This document shows, in pieces, positions 9,294-18,952 of a stretch of 64,000 nt of DNA (its first letter is position 1; every line of letters starts with the position of its first letter). The DNA lies in assembly GCA_965215015.1 (NCBI GenBank), contig OZ244042.1:1-64000 (forward strand), given 5' to 3'. A model generated the notes under the pieces. It was not told the DNA's origin, made no database searches, and worked only from the letters and a program-made list of their open reading frames with translations. This stretch comes from Candidatus Poribacteria bacterium (GTDB lineage Bacteria; Poribacteria; WGA-4E; PCPOR2b). The position numbers and the translations under genes are program-made.

Positions 9294-9303
9294 GCGCAGG
9301 TTG

Positions 9304-12300
9304 TTAGCGCAAAATTGCCAGTCGTCCGATTTTTTCGATTTTATGCCCATCTGTTTCAACAATTACTTTGTAGAAGTAGACGCCATTTGCCAAACGTTCA
9401 CTATTTTCATCCCGTGCGTCCCAATCGGTTTCGTTATAACCTCGTCTCGCTGAAGCATCTTCGATTGTCCGGATGAGTCTACCGCTCACGGTATAGATTT
9501 TGACTGTGACTTGGTCTGGTGCCTGTGCAAGGTTATAGGTAAAAACGGTATCGGTGTGCATGGGATTCGGCACATTTAACAGGTGGGCGATGGACATAGG
9601 CTCCTCAAGACGGAAACGATAGATTTGCGATTCGACTGTGTTTTCACTGGTATCCTTGGCAAGGATTTGGAGTTGGTATTCGTCGTTTGGCAGACCGGGT
9701 TCAAAGGTGATTTGTGCTTGTGTTGGTTGAGCGGCATCAAACTGAAGGGCGTAGTGGTTTTCAGGCAGCGGGAGCAGTGGGACGGTTGTTGAACCGAAGG
9801 CAAATTGAATCGTCGTTGGACTGATCCCGCCTTCGTCAGCAACTATAATCTCAAATTTCGGTTGTTCACGTATAATCGCTCCGTCAGTGAGCACTTCATC
9901 GTTGATACGGATTTCAACGGTTGGTGGTCTAAGATCAGGTTGCTCTACCACAGAAAAGGTAAAATCACGGAATCCGTCCTCGCCGCCGAGTGTGCTCCCG
10001 GTGAGATCGGTTGCCTTGATTCTGAAACGATAGCGGCCGATGAACAGCGTTGGCTTGTAGTGGATAGAAACCGATGTCACCTGGCCGCCACTAGTTTCAA
10101 GGTTCTTGATTGTTTCAAATGCTCCTCCCTCTTTGCTCACCGCTAGACTGAGACTGTCTAAATCTATCCCGCTTTCATCCGTCAAGAGAAAGGAGATTTG
10201 AGGGCGGGGTGGAATGGTGCTGCCGGATCTAGGTGTTTCTCCGTCCACCCAAAGTTGGATTTTGGGGGGCTTTTGGTCTGTACTATGCATCAAGGCGAAA
10301 GTGGAGGGTTCACTTGTCTTAGTGGAGACGATACCCACAGTCGTCTTGCTGAATTTGAACTTATCTCCAAACTCGAAAGGATAGTTGTTGGTCCCTTTGA
10401 ATCCCGACCCCATCGGGGACGTAATGATCACCTCAATTCCAAGGTTGTCAAGAACCAAAAGCTGATTAATCTTTCCCACAGCGGGATTTCCTGTCGTATG
10501 AAAGGCTAACTCGTTTTGTGCATTTCGTAGATCAAAGTGTTCGTTATCCCGGAAGAAAATCAGCCAATCGCTAACGTCGGACTGCCCCCCTTTGCTGACG
10601 GTCTGATTTTTCGCCCTGATGTTCACATGTGCAGAACCTTCACCACGGTTGGTGTTCCGTAGCGCAGAAAGTTGCACCTCTCCGTTTAGATTGACATCAG
10701 TTTCAAAGGTCAACACATCACCGAACTCAAAGGCCAGATTTCTGCCTAGCGCGTCTGTTGCACCGAGTCGTGGAATCTCTAACTCAATTCCCAATCCCTC
10801 ATCTCTAAGAGGTTGAGCGACGCGCCCGGTTTGGTGAAGCTCTTCGATTTCTTTTTTTCCTTTTCTCTGGAGAAGCACTCGATACCGATTTGCATCAAGA
10901 AAAAGGATAGCCCATTTCCCCGTTGGCGTGAGGCTTGAATCGAGGTGAATATAGGAGGTCCGTAATTTTTGAACGCTTGTGTTTTCAGCTTGTGCTGAGG
11001 TCGTAAATTTTTCGGAGACTAAGTTTCCGGTATTATCGCGTAGCACCTCGGAGGGAAGCCGTTTCCAAGCGTTAATATCCGTTTGCCATTGATAGATTGC
11101 GAGATTTTCGGTCTCTCTTTGTAAGGTGGGGTCAAATTCCGCCGTTGCAGGATTCAGCCCCCAATTTGTCTGCAAGCGATCTTTCAAAGCGTCCAAATCG
11201 AAACGGAACCTGAGGGCCGCAGCTTCGACCAACTGCTCGGCACTAGAATGTAATTCAACTTGGTATGCTCTATTTTGTAATATTGGTAGGCGGGGAAGCG
11301 AGACAAAACGGAGATCGGGTTGAAATGAGATAGATGGCTCGATTGTATTGATGGAAAGCGTTATTATGCGTTCAGGAGCGGCTCCGATTGGGAGCACAAC
11401 GTCAAATACCCGATCCAAGCTAAACGCGGTGAGTGCTTCATCAACCTTCAGGGTAAATTCGTTGACCACGAGAGATTGGGACCCTTTGTTATCAAACGAG
11501 CGGGGCTCATCGAGCTTGCCGATCACCTCATCCGTGTGGTCGTCATCGGGGGATTCCGGATCCGCAAAGACATGAATCTGATGAAAGCCGGTGGACAACG
11601 GTTCTGCAAGGATTAACGTCACTATTGTTTCTTGAAGATGCGTGTCCCCCGACTGCCACGCATCAATTCTGACCAAGACACGCCCAAGCACATCTGCTTC
11701 AGGGTCAATTTGGTTATCCCCGTTCCGATCCGGATCCCCTTCTGCGAACCAAACCTCGATGACTACATCAACTTTTTGGCCGCCATCATTGATAAGCTTG
11801 GTGGTAAGGGTATAAGCTCTTTTCTCCTTTGAAAAGGTGTAACGGAGGGGAGCGACTGCTGCCGAAGCGATGGCGATATTTGCTCCTTCCGGGACCTTGA
11901 GCGGTTTTTTGTCGGTACTGATGGTATGATTGGTCCGGTCAGTCACTACGATTTGATACTGCACCGTCTGCCCCCCTTTTGGGAGGGGAATTGCGGTTTG
12001 CAGCTTGTACCAATGCCCTCCGTTCACCGCGGGGGTGGGTGGTACCGGATGGGGTATCATCGCCACCGTACGTTCCTTGGATTCCACGGTGTCGCTCCAA
12101 ACTACTTCTATCGACTTTAGCCCTGTGGGACCTTCATTGTCCACTATCAACGCGGAAAGGTTCAGTGTATTGGTGACTTGGGAGTCAATATCTTCACGGA
12201 CTTCGAGGATAGCAGGTTGGTATGCCCAAAACTGCGCCCCTCCCACCGCTGTCCGCTGATCGTCGAAAGCGAGGAGGCGGACAATACCTTGTCCGGCGGG

Positions 12301-15300
12301 GATATCTTCTGGAATAGGAATGCGAATCGCGCCGAACTCGCCCTGCCATACTTGGATACCAGCCTTTTGTTGCTGCAAATTGTTGAGCAAATTATCGTCT
12401 AAATTGTTGGCAAACAGTGCTATTGCGGACATCGTTCCTGCGCTGAAATCGGTCGCCTTGCGAAACTCGACCGCTCCCCTAATCGGCGAAAATTGGTGCT
12501 GCCCAACAACATTATGACGAATGATCAGCTCTTTGTTCGGATCGACTGCAACGCTCTCCAACTCGACCTGAATCTCTAGTTCTGGCACAGCGAGGCGCGT
12601 CGCTGGATCACCGAAGAGGGTATACTGCATTGCACTAGGGAGCCACAGTTGTGGTGCGGTAATCATAAACTGCGTCTTAGCATTGGTGATGATTGCGCCG
12701 AGTGTTGACGGTTTAACAGTGAAGATGGAGGTAAAGAGATTTCTATCGAACGCCGCATTGACTGTTGCAAAGGTCAAGCGGGTCGCGCTCAGGACACCGA
12801 TGGCACCGGCACTGCCCATCAGAAATTGCTCGCTTAAACTACGCTGCCCAAATTGCAGGGGTTGATCAAATTGCCCATTGAGACATGTTGTGGTGATAAT
12901 AAACGGCAGGTGCACATTTCGCAAGCCCTCTGCATCTGCGATGCGGAAAATGCCCTCATCCGCCCACGTTTGGGTGCCACCGTGCCCCGAATATTCGACG
13001 ACGAGAACGCCCTCATTAATTGTCGCCAGAATCGCTCGATTGGTGCGTTCTGGACTCCCAATCTGCCGTAGGTACACCTTGCGAGTATCGTAGGCGACAG
13101 GAATATATTCCTCAATGAGTTGCTTGCTGGATCGCTCAAAAATGTCGTCCCCGACGTTGTCCACCTCATTATCTGCTACCTGCATCAGCCTGCCCTGCCA
13201 TAAGCCGGGCTGTCGCTTTGCCTCATAATTGATAATCTTTTTCACCATACCGTCCAACTCGTGTGGTAGCTGTACTGGAAGTCGCCCAATAAACATATCC
13301 GGCAGTGGGTCATCGCCACTGACTGTGACAAAGCGGTGATCCATCGCAGTTTCTCCACTCGCCGGTGCCCAACCGTGAAACGTCGGCACGTAGATGGGAT
13401 AGAGGTCGTAGTCCTTGTCGAGCACACTCCTATATAGCTTGACAATTGCCCCTTTATAATCATAGTGTGCATCACCGACTAACAGGACGTATGTAGGCTT
13501 GGGCGCGCGCCAATGGGTGTAGGTGTAGTGCAAAAACTTTTGGATAGCGAGGGGGTTAAAAATTCCGTGGTTGAATTGATCATACACCTCTTCGACATCA
13601 ACCACCATGACTGACAAGCCCTGTGACCGCCGAAAATCTGCAAGGGACTGAATGTTATTAATAAAATCTCCGTGAGAGATAATAATGTAATCCGCTTGAT
13701 TCCCAGGATTGCTGATTACCGATGGCTTGGCAGGAGCAATGTGATTCACCTGAATATATCGCGCTTGCTCAACCACAAAGTAGCCGACTAGCGATGTTAC
13801 ATTATCCTCAAAGGTTAGCTGGAAATTCCCGTCCACCCGTTCAACCCGACCGTTGGCGAGTTTTGCAACTATACTTCCATTGCGAATCTGATACACATCA
13901 ACATCGGGACGATGAATGTTTGTTAAACGGTACTGAACTCGTCCCGTCCTTCTCGGCTCGGTTTCCGAGTTAAACCCAAGCACTCCTTCGGACACCTTAA
14001 AGGTATGCCAATAATCGATCTCAAACCAATCCAGATAGAAATCGGGTTCGCCTGCCGGTGTACCGTTGCGGGCTTCGGCACGAATTCTCAGAACATTTGT
14101 ATCCTCCGAATGACTAAATCGCCACGGTTCAATTTGGCGCGCAACCAACGGTGCGGCTTGCTGCCGCCACTCAGCGACTTGCCCAAGTTGTGCGTCGTTA
14201 AATAGAATGCGCGCTTGATGTCTGGCGTTCCTTTCACGGGAGGCCCCTTGAAACTTAATTCGGATCTCGGCATTCCGATTTACCAACCCTCTCGGTGCTA
14301 CATGATGGAGTTGAATCGGAAAATCCTTTTGGCTCAATCTATTGTCTACTCCACCTGTCAGGCTTTCCCAGAAATAGTGATCTGCCTGCTCAGATTTCAC
14401 ATCAAGCAGTCGGTCATACTTAAGGTCCTGTTCAAAGCGTACAGTTTTCTTGAAAGCAAGCGGAGTGGGCACATTTGGCGTTTTTGGAGCAGCGTCTCTA
14501 ACAGCTACCTGTGAACGACCAACACCGCCCCAACTCAACCAATACACGTTAGTATCAGTAAATCTATCCCCAATTGGGGCTTGCCCATAAAACACAATTG
14601 AGTCGTCCCGATCGAATCTACCGTCTGTATCGTGGTCAAAGATGTGAAGCCCAACCCGGCGTCCGCGGTTTTCCATTTTAAGGGTCTCAAGTTCAATATC
14701 CACAGAATTGGCACCGGCGCGTCTAAGCTGACTATATGTTACTTGATAAATCCCTGTTTGGCTGATCACAATCTTATATCTATTTAAGGGTTTACTAGCG
14801 TGTTGCACTGCAGGGGCAGCTGGGGCACTTTGGGGTGAGCGTCGCCATGCCTTCGCCTGATCGTAATTGAGCAGTTTTACCTGAAAGAGTTGCTCAAAAG
14901 CCTGTGATGATTCTACGACAGAGAACGGGGGAGCAAGTTGTCTTGAAGTCCGGTGGGATTGGGGAGATGAGTGAGTCCAATTGAAGTCAATTCGGATCAG
15001 CAGCTCGTGGTAAATTTTGAGCTGCAATCTGGCAGGATTATACTGAATCGGTTGAATTTGGAGCTGTGCAACCCGCTGTCCACGGATAAGCCCGATCGGC
15101 GTGACCTCTACGAGTTTGGTCGGGTAGGGACGATCCTGTCTGTAAAAGTTCGTGTCCATGATGAGTGTTGGTTGGGGAGTGGCGAGATTCAATGGTTGGG
15201 CGGGGATAATGCGCTCGGTTTGGCGGACTTCAAGTCGTGAGTCAATCACGGTCACATGCGATGAGGCATCAATGGGAATCCCAATTAGCTGGGAGTAAGC

Positions 15301-15579
15301 AGGTAGGCTAGGGCGTCCCACATCTGTCGTGAGGGTTGCCCCTGTGAAAGAAATCCTCGTGAAGGTGCGTCTATTGATTTTTTGCGAACTAAATTGCAGC
15401 GTAGGCACCTCAAATTTGACGAGGAGACTATCCGTGTCTGCTTGGATAATTTGTAACGGAGATTTCGCGGCGACAGCAGCGACAGAAAGCCAAAAAGTTA
15501 GAAGTGTGTGAAACGTGATGCGTAAGTGAACCGATGATACCGGTTCCAGCTGTTGATTTCCTCTTAACATAGACACCAT
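9304..15579 (-). CDS. C25 family cysteine peptidase (gingipain/PorU-like) with propeptide, Ig-like domains and C-terminal FlgD-Ig/T9SS-type sorting domain
   Basis: Propeptide VGRPSLP..LIGIP; ADYIII; YVLLVGDA; IGRLP; YSGHG (His); TTTCLNGQFD (Cys); YTLFGDPA; C-terminus NVPNPM..IYTVSGRLIR..LANGVYFYKV..RLAILR. Confidence 0.88.
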   Translation of the reverse strand: MVSMLRGNQQLEPVSSVHLRITFHTLLTFWLSVAAVAAKSPLQIIQADTDSLLVKFEVPTLQFSSQKINRRTFTRISFTGATLTTDVGRPSLPAYSQLIGIPIDASSHVTVIDSRLEVRQTERIIPAQPLNLATPQPTLIMDTNFYRQDRPYPTKLVEVTPIGLIRGQRVAQLQIQPIQYNPARLQLKIYHELLIRIDFNWTHSSPQSHRTSRQLAPPFSVVESSQAFEQLFQVKLLNYDQAKAWRRSPQSAPAAPAVQHASKPLNRYKIVISQTGIYQVTYSQLRRAGANSVDIELETLKMENRGRRVGLHIFDHDTDGRFDRDDSIVFYGQAPIGDRFTDTNVYWLSWGGVGRSQVAVRDAAPKTPNVPTPLAFKKTVRFEQDLKYDRLLDVKSEQADHYFWESLTGGVDNRLSQKDFPIQLHHVAPRGLVNRNAEIRIKFQGASRERNARHQARILFNDAQLGQVAEWRQQAAPLVARQIEPWRFSHSEDTNVLRIRAEARNGTPAGEPDFYLDWFEIDYWHTFKVSEGVLGFNSETEPRRTGRVQYRLTNIHRPDVDVYQIRNGSIVAKLANGRVERVDGNFQLTFEDNVTSLVGYFVVEQARYIQVNHIAPAKPSVISNPGNQADYIIISHGDFINNIQSLADFRRSQGLSVMVVDVEEVYDQFNHGIFNPLAIQKFLHYTYTHWRAPKPTYVLLVGDAHYDYKGAIVKLYRSVLDKDYDLYPIYVPTFHGWAPASGETAMDHRFVTVSGDDPLPDMFIGRLPVQLPHELDGMVKKIINYEAKRQPGLWQGRLMQVADNEVDNVGDDIFERSSKQLIEEYIPVAYDTRKVYLRQIGSPERTNRAILATINEGVLVVEYSGHGGTQTWADEGIFRIADAEGLRNVHLPFIITTTCLNGQFDQPLQFGQRSLSEQFLMGSAGAIGVLSATRLTFATVNAAFDRNLFTSIFTVKPSTLGAIITNAKTQFMITAPQLWLPSAMQYTLFGDPATRLAVPELEIQVELESVAVDPNKELIIRHNVVGQHQFSPIRGAVEFRKATDFSAGTMSAIALFANNLDDNLLNNLQQQKAGIQVWQGEFGAIRIPIPEDIPAGQGIVRLLAFDDQRTAVGGAQFWAYQPAILEVREDIDSQVTNTLNLSALIVDNEGPTGLKSIEVVWSDTVESKERTVAMIPHPVPPTPAVNGGHWYKLQTAIPLPKGGQTVQYQIVVTDRTNHTISTDKKPLKVPEGANIAIASAAVAPLRYTFSKEKRAYTLTTKLINDGGQKVDVVIEVWFAEGDPDRNGDNQIDPEADVLGRVLVRIDAWQSGDTHLQETIVTLILAEPLSTGFHQIHVFADPESPDDDHTDEVIGKLDEPRSFDNKGSQSLVVNEFTLKVDEALTAFSLDRVFDVVLPIGAAPERIITLSINTIEPSISFQPDLRFVSLPRLPILQNRAYQVELHSSAEQLVEAAALRFRFDLDALKDRLQTNWGLNPATAEFDPTLQRETENLAIYQWQTDINAWKRLPSEVLRDNTGNLVSEKFTTSAQAENTSVQKLRTSYIHLDSSLTPTGKWAILFLDANRYRVLLQRKGKKEIEELHQTGRVAQPLRDEGLGIELEIPRLGATDALGRNLAFEFGDVLTFETDVNLNGEVQLSALRNTNRGEGSAHVNIRAKNQTVSKGGQSDVSDWLIFFRDNEHFDLRNAQNELAFHTTGNPAVGKINQLLVLDNLGIEVIITSPMGSGFKGTNNYPFEFGDKFKFSKTTVGIVSTKTSEPSTFALMHSTDQKPPKIQLWVDGETPRSGSTIPPRPQISFLLTDESGIDLDSLSLAVSKEGGAFETIKNLETSGGQVTSVSIHYKPTLFIGRYRFRIKATDLTGSTLGGEDGFRDFTFSVVEQPDLRPPTVEIRINDEVLTDGAIIREQPKFEIIVADEGGISPTTIQFAFGSTTVPLLPLPENHYALQFDAAQPTQAQITFEPGLPNDEYQLQILAKDTSENTVESQIYRFRLEEPMSIAHLLNVPNPMHTDTVFTYNLAQAPDQVTVKIYTVSGRLIRTIEDASARRGYNETDWDARDENSERLANGVYFYKVIVETDGHKIEKIGRLAILR

Positions 15580-15609
15580 ACTTTTCAGTTGGAAAATTTA
15601 CCCCAAATG

Positions 15610-17154
15610 TTAGTCAAGCACTTCAATCTCCAGCTGATTCAGGGTCCGCATCACCCCTTCACCAAACTCCAGCATAGAGTCGGATTCCAACTCGCTGCCA
15701 GCGAGTTGAATATGATTAGCATCCGCCTGGATTTGACCAAGCGTTGGCTCCATTGCTACCCACTTGCCCACATATACTTCGGGCCAAAAATGGTAGTAGA
15801 AAGCGTCGCGTTGAAATACAAGCCCTGCACAAACTCGCGCGGGGATACCAACGGAGCGTGCCATTGCAATCATTAGGACTGTGTGTTCTGTACAATCTCC
15901 CTCCAGCGATTCTAATGTTTGTAATGCCGAGCCAAACCCAACCTTCAGGTTCTTGTCATAGATGCTTTCATACACCCATCGACACAATTTCTGTGCGGAT
16001 CTCCAAGCATTCATCTCACCATCAAGCACTTCAACGGCTTTCGCCCGGATCGTTGGGTGTTCCGCTTGGATATACACGGTTGATTTCAAGAACTGCGCGA
16101 GTTCCTTGGCCTCATGTTGGTTCTGTATCGGCAGGTTCAAAGTTTCCGTGCGATCAATCACGGGTACGTTGATTTCAATCTCTCCATGGCGGGGGTCATT
16201 ATCCACCCGCAGCTTCTGACGAGGGTTAATCATCACTGCTTTGTCCAACCGCCCTTCGGTCAGGTACAAATACGCTTTGAAATAGCGGGCACGAGGAGTC
16301 GGGGTGCCTCCTTGGGCAAAGATCTTTGTATTCAGAATAACGTCAACTTCTCCAGATTCACCGAGTGCCGTTTGCATATTAGTCTTCGCCAAGACCATTT
16401 TTAGCCCCATCAGTCCGACCTCCAACCGATACGTTGTGCCATCGTGTCCCAACCATTGCGTCGTCGTGAATCCTCCCATGATGTCCATTGTGTAACTGAC
16501 GACGTAGACCGGCTCCACTTTGCCATCAAATTCGATCTGGGCTTCTCGAAGGACTCTGACATCTGTTTTCACGGGCTTCATGAGGTCCAAATTGAATACG
16601 TGCAAGGTATGTGCATCACCGATCCGGATGCTACGTTGCAGCAGGAAGTAACTGATTACCTGTTCAAAAATTGTATCGCCTGAAATAGACATCTGGGTGT
16701 GAGTCGTTTTTCCTGCAAGACTTGTCTCTAGGTGAGCAATACCATCCTTGATTCGCCCTTCAACCCGTTTCTCTTGTCCTGTCTCATTGGAGGTGGTGAT
16801 AAAATAGCGGGGTACGAGATCCATACCGACATGTGAGATTCGTGTTGTTGTGAGTCTTAATCCGGTGCCAGTGCGCTTGAGGTCCATCACCATATCAGCA
16901 CGGACCCGAATAGTCTCCTCGCCTTCAAATCTTGATTTTTCCATATAGATATGGGCGTACCCGATTTTCGTGCCCATCAGTGTTAGGTTTAACCAGTCAT
17001 CTTGAGGCAACTGCATCATTTTCTCAATCTCCGCCAGATCGATTTTTACCCATTGCCCTACCACACTTCCAACTAAAATAAAAAGCAAACAACAGGCACA
17101 AAAAATCTGTTGTCTCATCAGAAAATATTCCTTCTCCAATCCATCGTGTATCAT
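15610..17154 (-). CDS. Secreted transglutaminase-like domain protein
   Basis: GDCTEH..ARSVGIPARV..YHFWPEVY..W.AMEPT; likely start at MRQQ followed by a signal peptide. Confidence 0.88.
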   Translation of the reverse strand: MIHDGLEKEYFLMRQQIFCACCLLFILVGSVVGQWVKIDLAEIEKMMQLPQDDWLNLTLMGTKIGYAHIYMEKSRFEGEETIRVRADMVMDLKRTGTGLRLTTTRISHVGMDLVPRYFITTSNETGQEKRVEGRIKDGIAHLETSLAGKTTHTQMSISGDTIFEQVISYFLLQRSIRIGDAHTLHVFNLDLMKPVKTDVRVLREAQIEFDGKVEPVYVVSYTMDIMGGFTTTQWLGHDGTTYRLEVGLMGLKMVLAKTNMQTALGESGEVDVILNTKIFAQGGTPTPRARYFKAYLYLTEGRLDKAVMINPRQKLRVDNDPRHGEIEINVPVIDRTETLNLPIQNQHEAKELAQFLKSTVYIQAEHPTIRAKAVEVLDGEMNAWRSAQKLCRWVYESIYDKNLKVGFGSALQTLESLEGDCTEHTVLMIAMARSVGIPARVCAGLVFQRDAFYYHFWPEVYVGKWVAMEPTLGQIQADANHIQLAGSELESDSMLEFGEGVMRTLNQLEIEVLD

Positions 17155-17254
17155 TGCATTTTCAGCTTTCCGTTATAATAGCACAAGTTAAGGTGGTGGG
17201 CAATCGAAAAGCGTCTGCCAAACTAACCTTCGGAAGGTTTCTCACATATGCTTC

Positions 17255-17284
17255 TTGACACCAATAATTCAAAAATGGTATCAT
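17255..17284 (+). promoter_or_regulatory. Sigma70-type promoter
   Basis: TTGACA-N18-TATCAT with a TG extension, upstream of 17340. Confidence 0.6.
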
Positions 17285-17339
17285 ATCGCAACGACTTTAA
17301 TCTCTTCCTATCATGAAGTAATCCCCGCAGGAGAAAAAT

Positions 17340-18104
17340 ATGAAAGTTGGCATCCGAGATAGTATGTTAGGTTTACCCTTTGAGGAGGTATTCGGCAAAG
17401 CGAAAGAGATTGGCTTTGACGGCGTTGAAATATGTATCGGTGCCAACTATCGTGAGCACCCACTTTGGAGCGAGTCCGGTGTGGACGACATCAAGGCATT
17501 ATCCGAAACAGCTGGTATTGAAACGCCGGCACTCTCGCCGGGGGGTTTCACTGCATATACGTTTGCCCATCCAAACGATGCAACGCGAGCTGAAGGAATC
17601 GCAATGTTGCAACACCTCTCGGCGGTTTGCCCAAAACTTGGAGCGTCTGTCATTCTTGTGCCGTTCTTCGGCGATGGTAAGATTGAAACAGAGCATATAA
17701 CATCGCCACGTTTCATTGATGGGGTGAAGGTTGCCGCGGCGACAGCAGCACAACATAACGTTTGCCTCGCGTTGGAATCAACCTTAACGGCTGATGAACA
17801 CCAACAGATTCTCGATCAGGTCAACTCCCCGGCGGTTGGCGTCTATTACGATATGGGCAATGCCACGGGACTCGGATATAACGCTGCCAAGGAGATTCGT
17901 CAGCTTGGGAAGGCTATCGCGCAGATGCACATCAAAGACACTGCGAGCAGCCACGCCGGCGAGGGTGGAGTTGATTTTCCGGCGATTATCGAAGCCACCC
18001 ATGCAATTGGTTATGACGGCTGGTTTGTCCTCGAAACACCAGCAAACGGCGATCCAATCGCTTCAGCCATAAAGAACCTAAATTTTGTCCGAGAGAACTA
18101 CTAA
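17340..18104 (+). CDS. Sugar phosphate isomerase/epimerase (xylose isomerase-like TIM barrel)
   Basis: GFDGVE, LALES, YYDMGN, MHIKD, GYDGWFVLET. Confidence 0.88.
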   Translation: MKVGIRDSMLGLPFEEVFGKAKEIGFDGVEICIGANYREHPLWSESGVDDIKALSETAGIETPALSPGGFTAYTFAHPNDATRAEGIAMLQHLSAVCPKLGASVILVPFFGDGKIETEHITSPRFIDGVKVAAATAAQHNVCLALESTLTADEHQQILDQVNSPAVGVYYDMGNATGLGYNAAKEIRQLGKAIAQMHIKDTASSHAGEGGVDFPAIIEATHAIGYDGWFVLETPANGDPIASAIKNLNFVRENY

Positions 18105-18127
18105 AATTTCCAACCAATGAGAGGGAT

Positions 18128-18952
18128 ATGAGTGTGAGTAGTGCAAAGCTCATTGACCCACAGCTGGAAGCTGAGAAACTGCTAAGAATGCCGGTGACCA
18201 CGGCTGAAATGCTGTTTCAAGGTTTCACAATAGATCAGCAACTGGAAGTCATCTCATCTATACGAGACGCGAAGGCGCGAGAGGAGTTGTATTATCTTGT
18301 GCCAGACTGTACCGAGTTAATCCAGATGAGTCCAATGGAAGATGTCTTGCAAATCTTGGATACAAGGCTTGGTACGGGAACGGCGTCCGCCCTGCTGCCG
18401 TGTCTGTCGCCGGATCAGTTTGAAGAAATGATGGATTTCGTCTTGTGGCGTAACGGCAAGCTCGATGAAAAAACAATCGATTTATGGCTTTTTGAATTGT
18501 CTGAATGTGAGATAGATGAACTGGGAGAGATGCTCTCCCAAATTGATGTGGGCATTCTCGGTAGTTTGCTGCAGGGGCGCGTTGAAATGGACGAAGAATT
18601 TAAAGCACTGTTTATTGAGGAGGGACTGGTCGACCCGTCAACGCCGGGTATTGACTACTTAGATGAACGGGCAAAGGCAATCATGGACGCAATCTGGGAA
18701 GCGGACGCAGATCTGTTCATTCGTGTACTGTATGAACTCTTTGGGCTAGATCGGGAAGATGAGTTGGGTGAAGAACTGTGGGGATCGCTTGACCGCGTGA
18801 AAGGGGAACAGGAAGAGCGAGTCAGGGAACGCGATAAAGCAGCTGGCATTGACATAATCGAAACAGAAATTCTCGAAAAGGTAGACCTCGACCAACTTGA
18901 TTTAGAGGACAAGGAGGTGTCTACAGTTGACGAGGAATCAGAAGATATTTGA
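18128..18952 (+). CDS. Acidic hypothetical protein resembling the DUF6178 N-terminal half
   Basis: LLPCLSPDQF..DFVLWR..LD..WL motif (recalled similarity, not searched). Confidence 0.6.
   Translation: MSVSSAKLIDPQLEAEKLLRMPVTTAEMLFQGFTIDQQLEVISSIRDAKAREELYYLVPDCTELIQMSPMEDVLQILDTRLGTGTASALLPCLSPDQFEEMMDFVLWRNGKLDEKTIDLWLFELSECEIDELGEMLSQIDVGILGSLLQGRVEMDEEFKALFIEEGLVDPSTPGIDYLDERAKAIMDAIWEADADLFIRVLYELFGLDREDELGEELWGSLDRVKGEQEERVRERDKAAGIDIIETEILEKVDLDQLDLEDKEVSTVDEESEDI

Noticed and set aside
4970-9300. Classical integron (IntI plus attC cassettes)
   Set aside because: The recombinase is Cre-type (Trp) without the IntI-specific insertion; core motifs are in reverse order to attC; genes are on both strands
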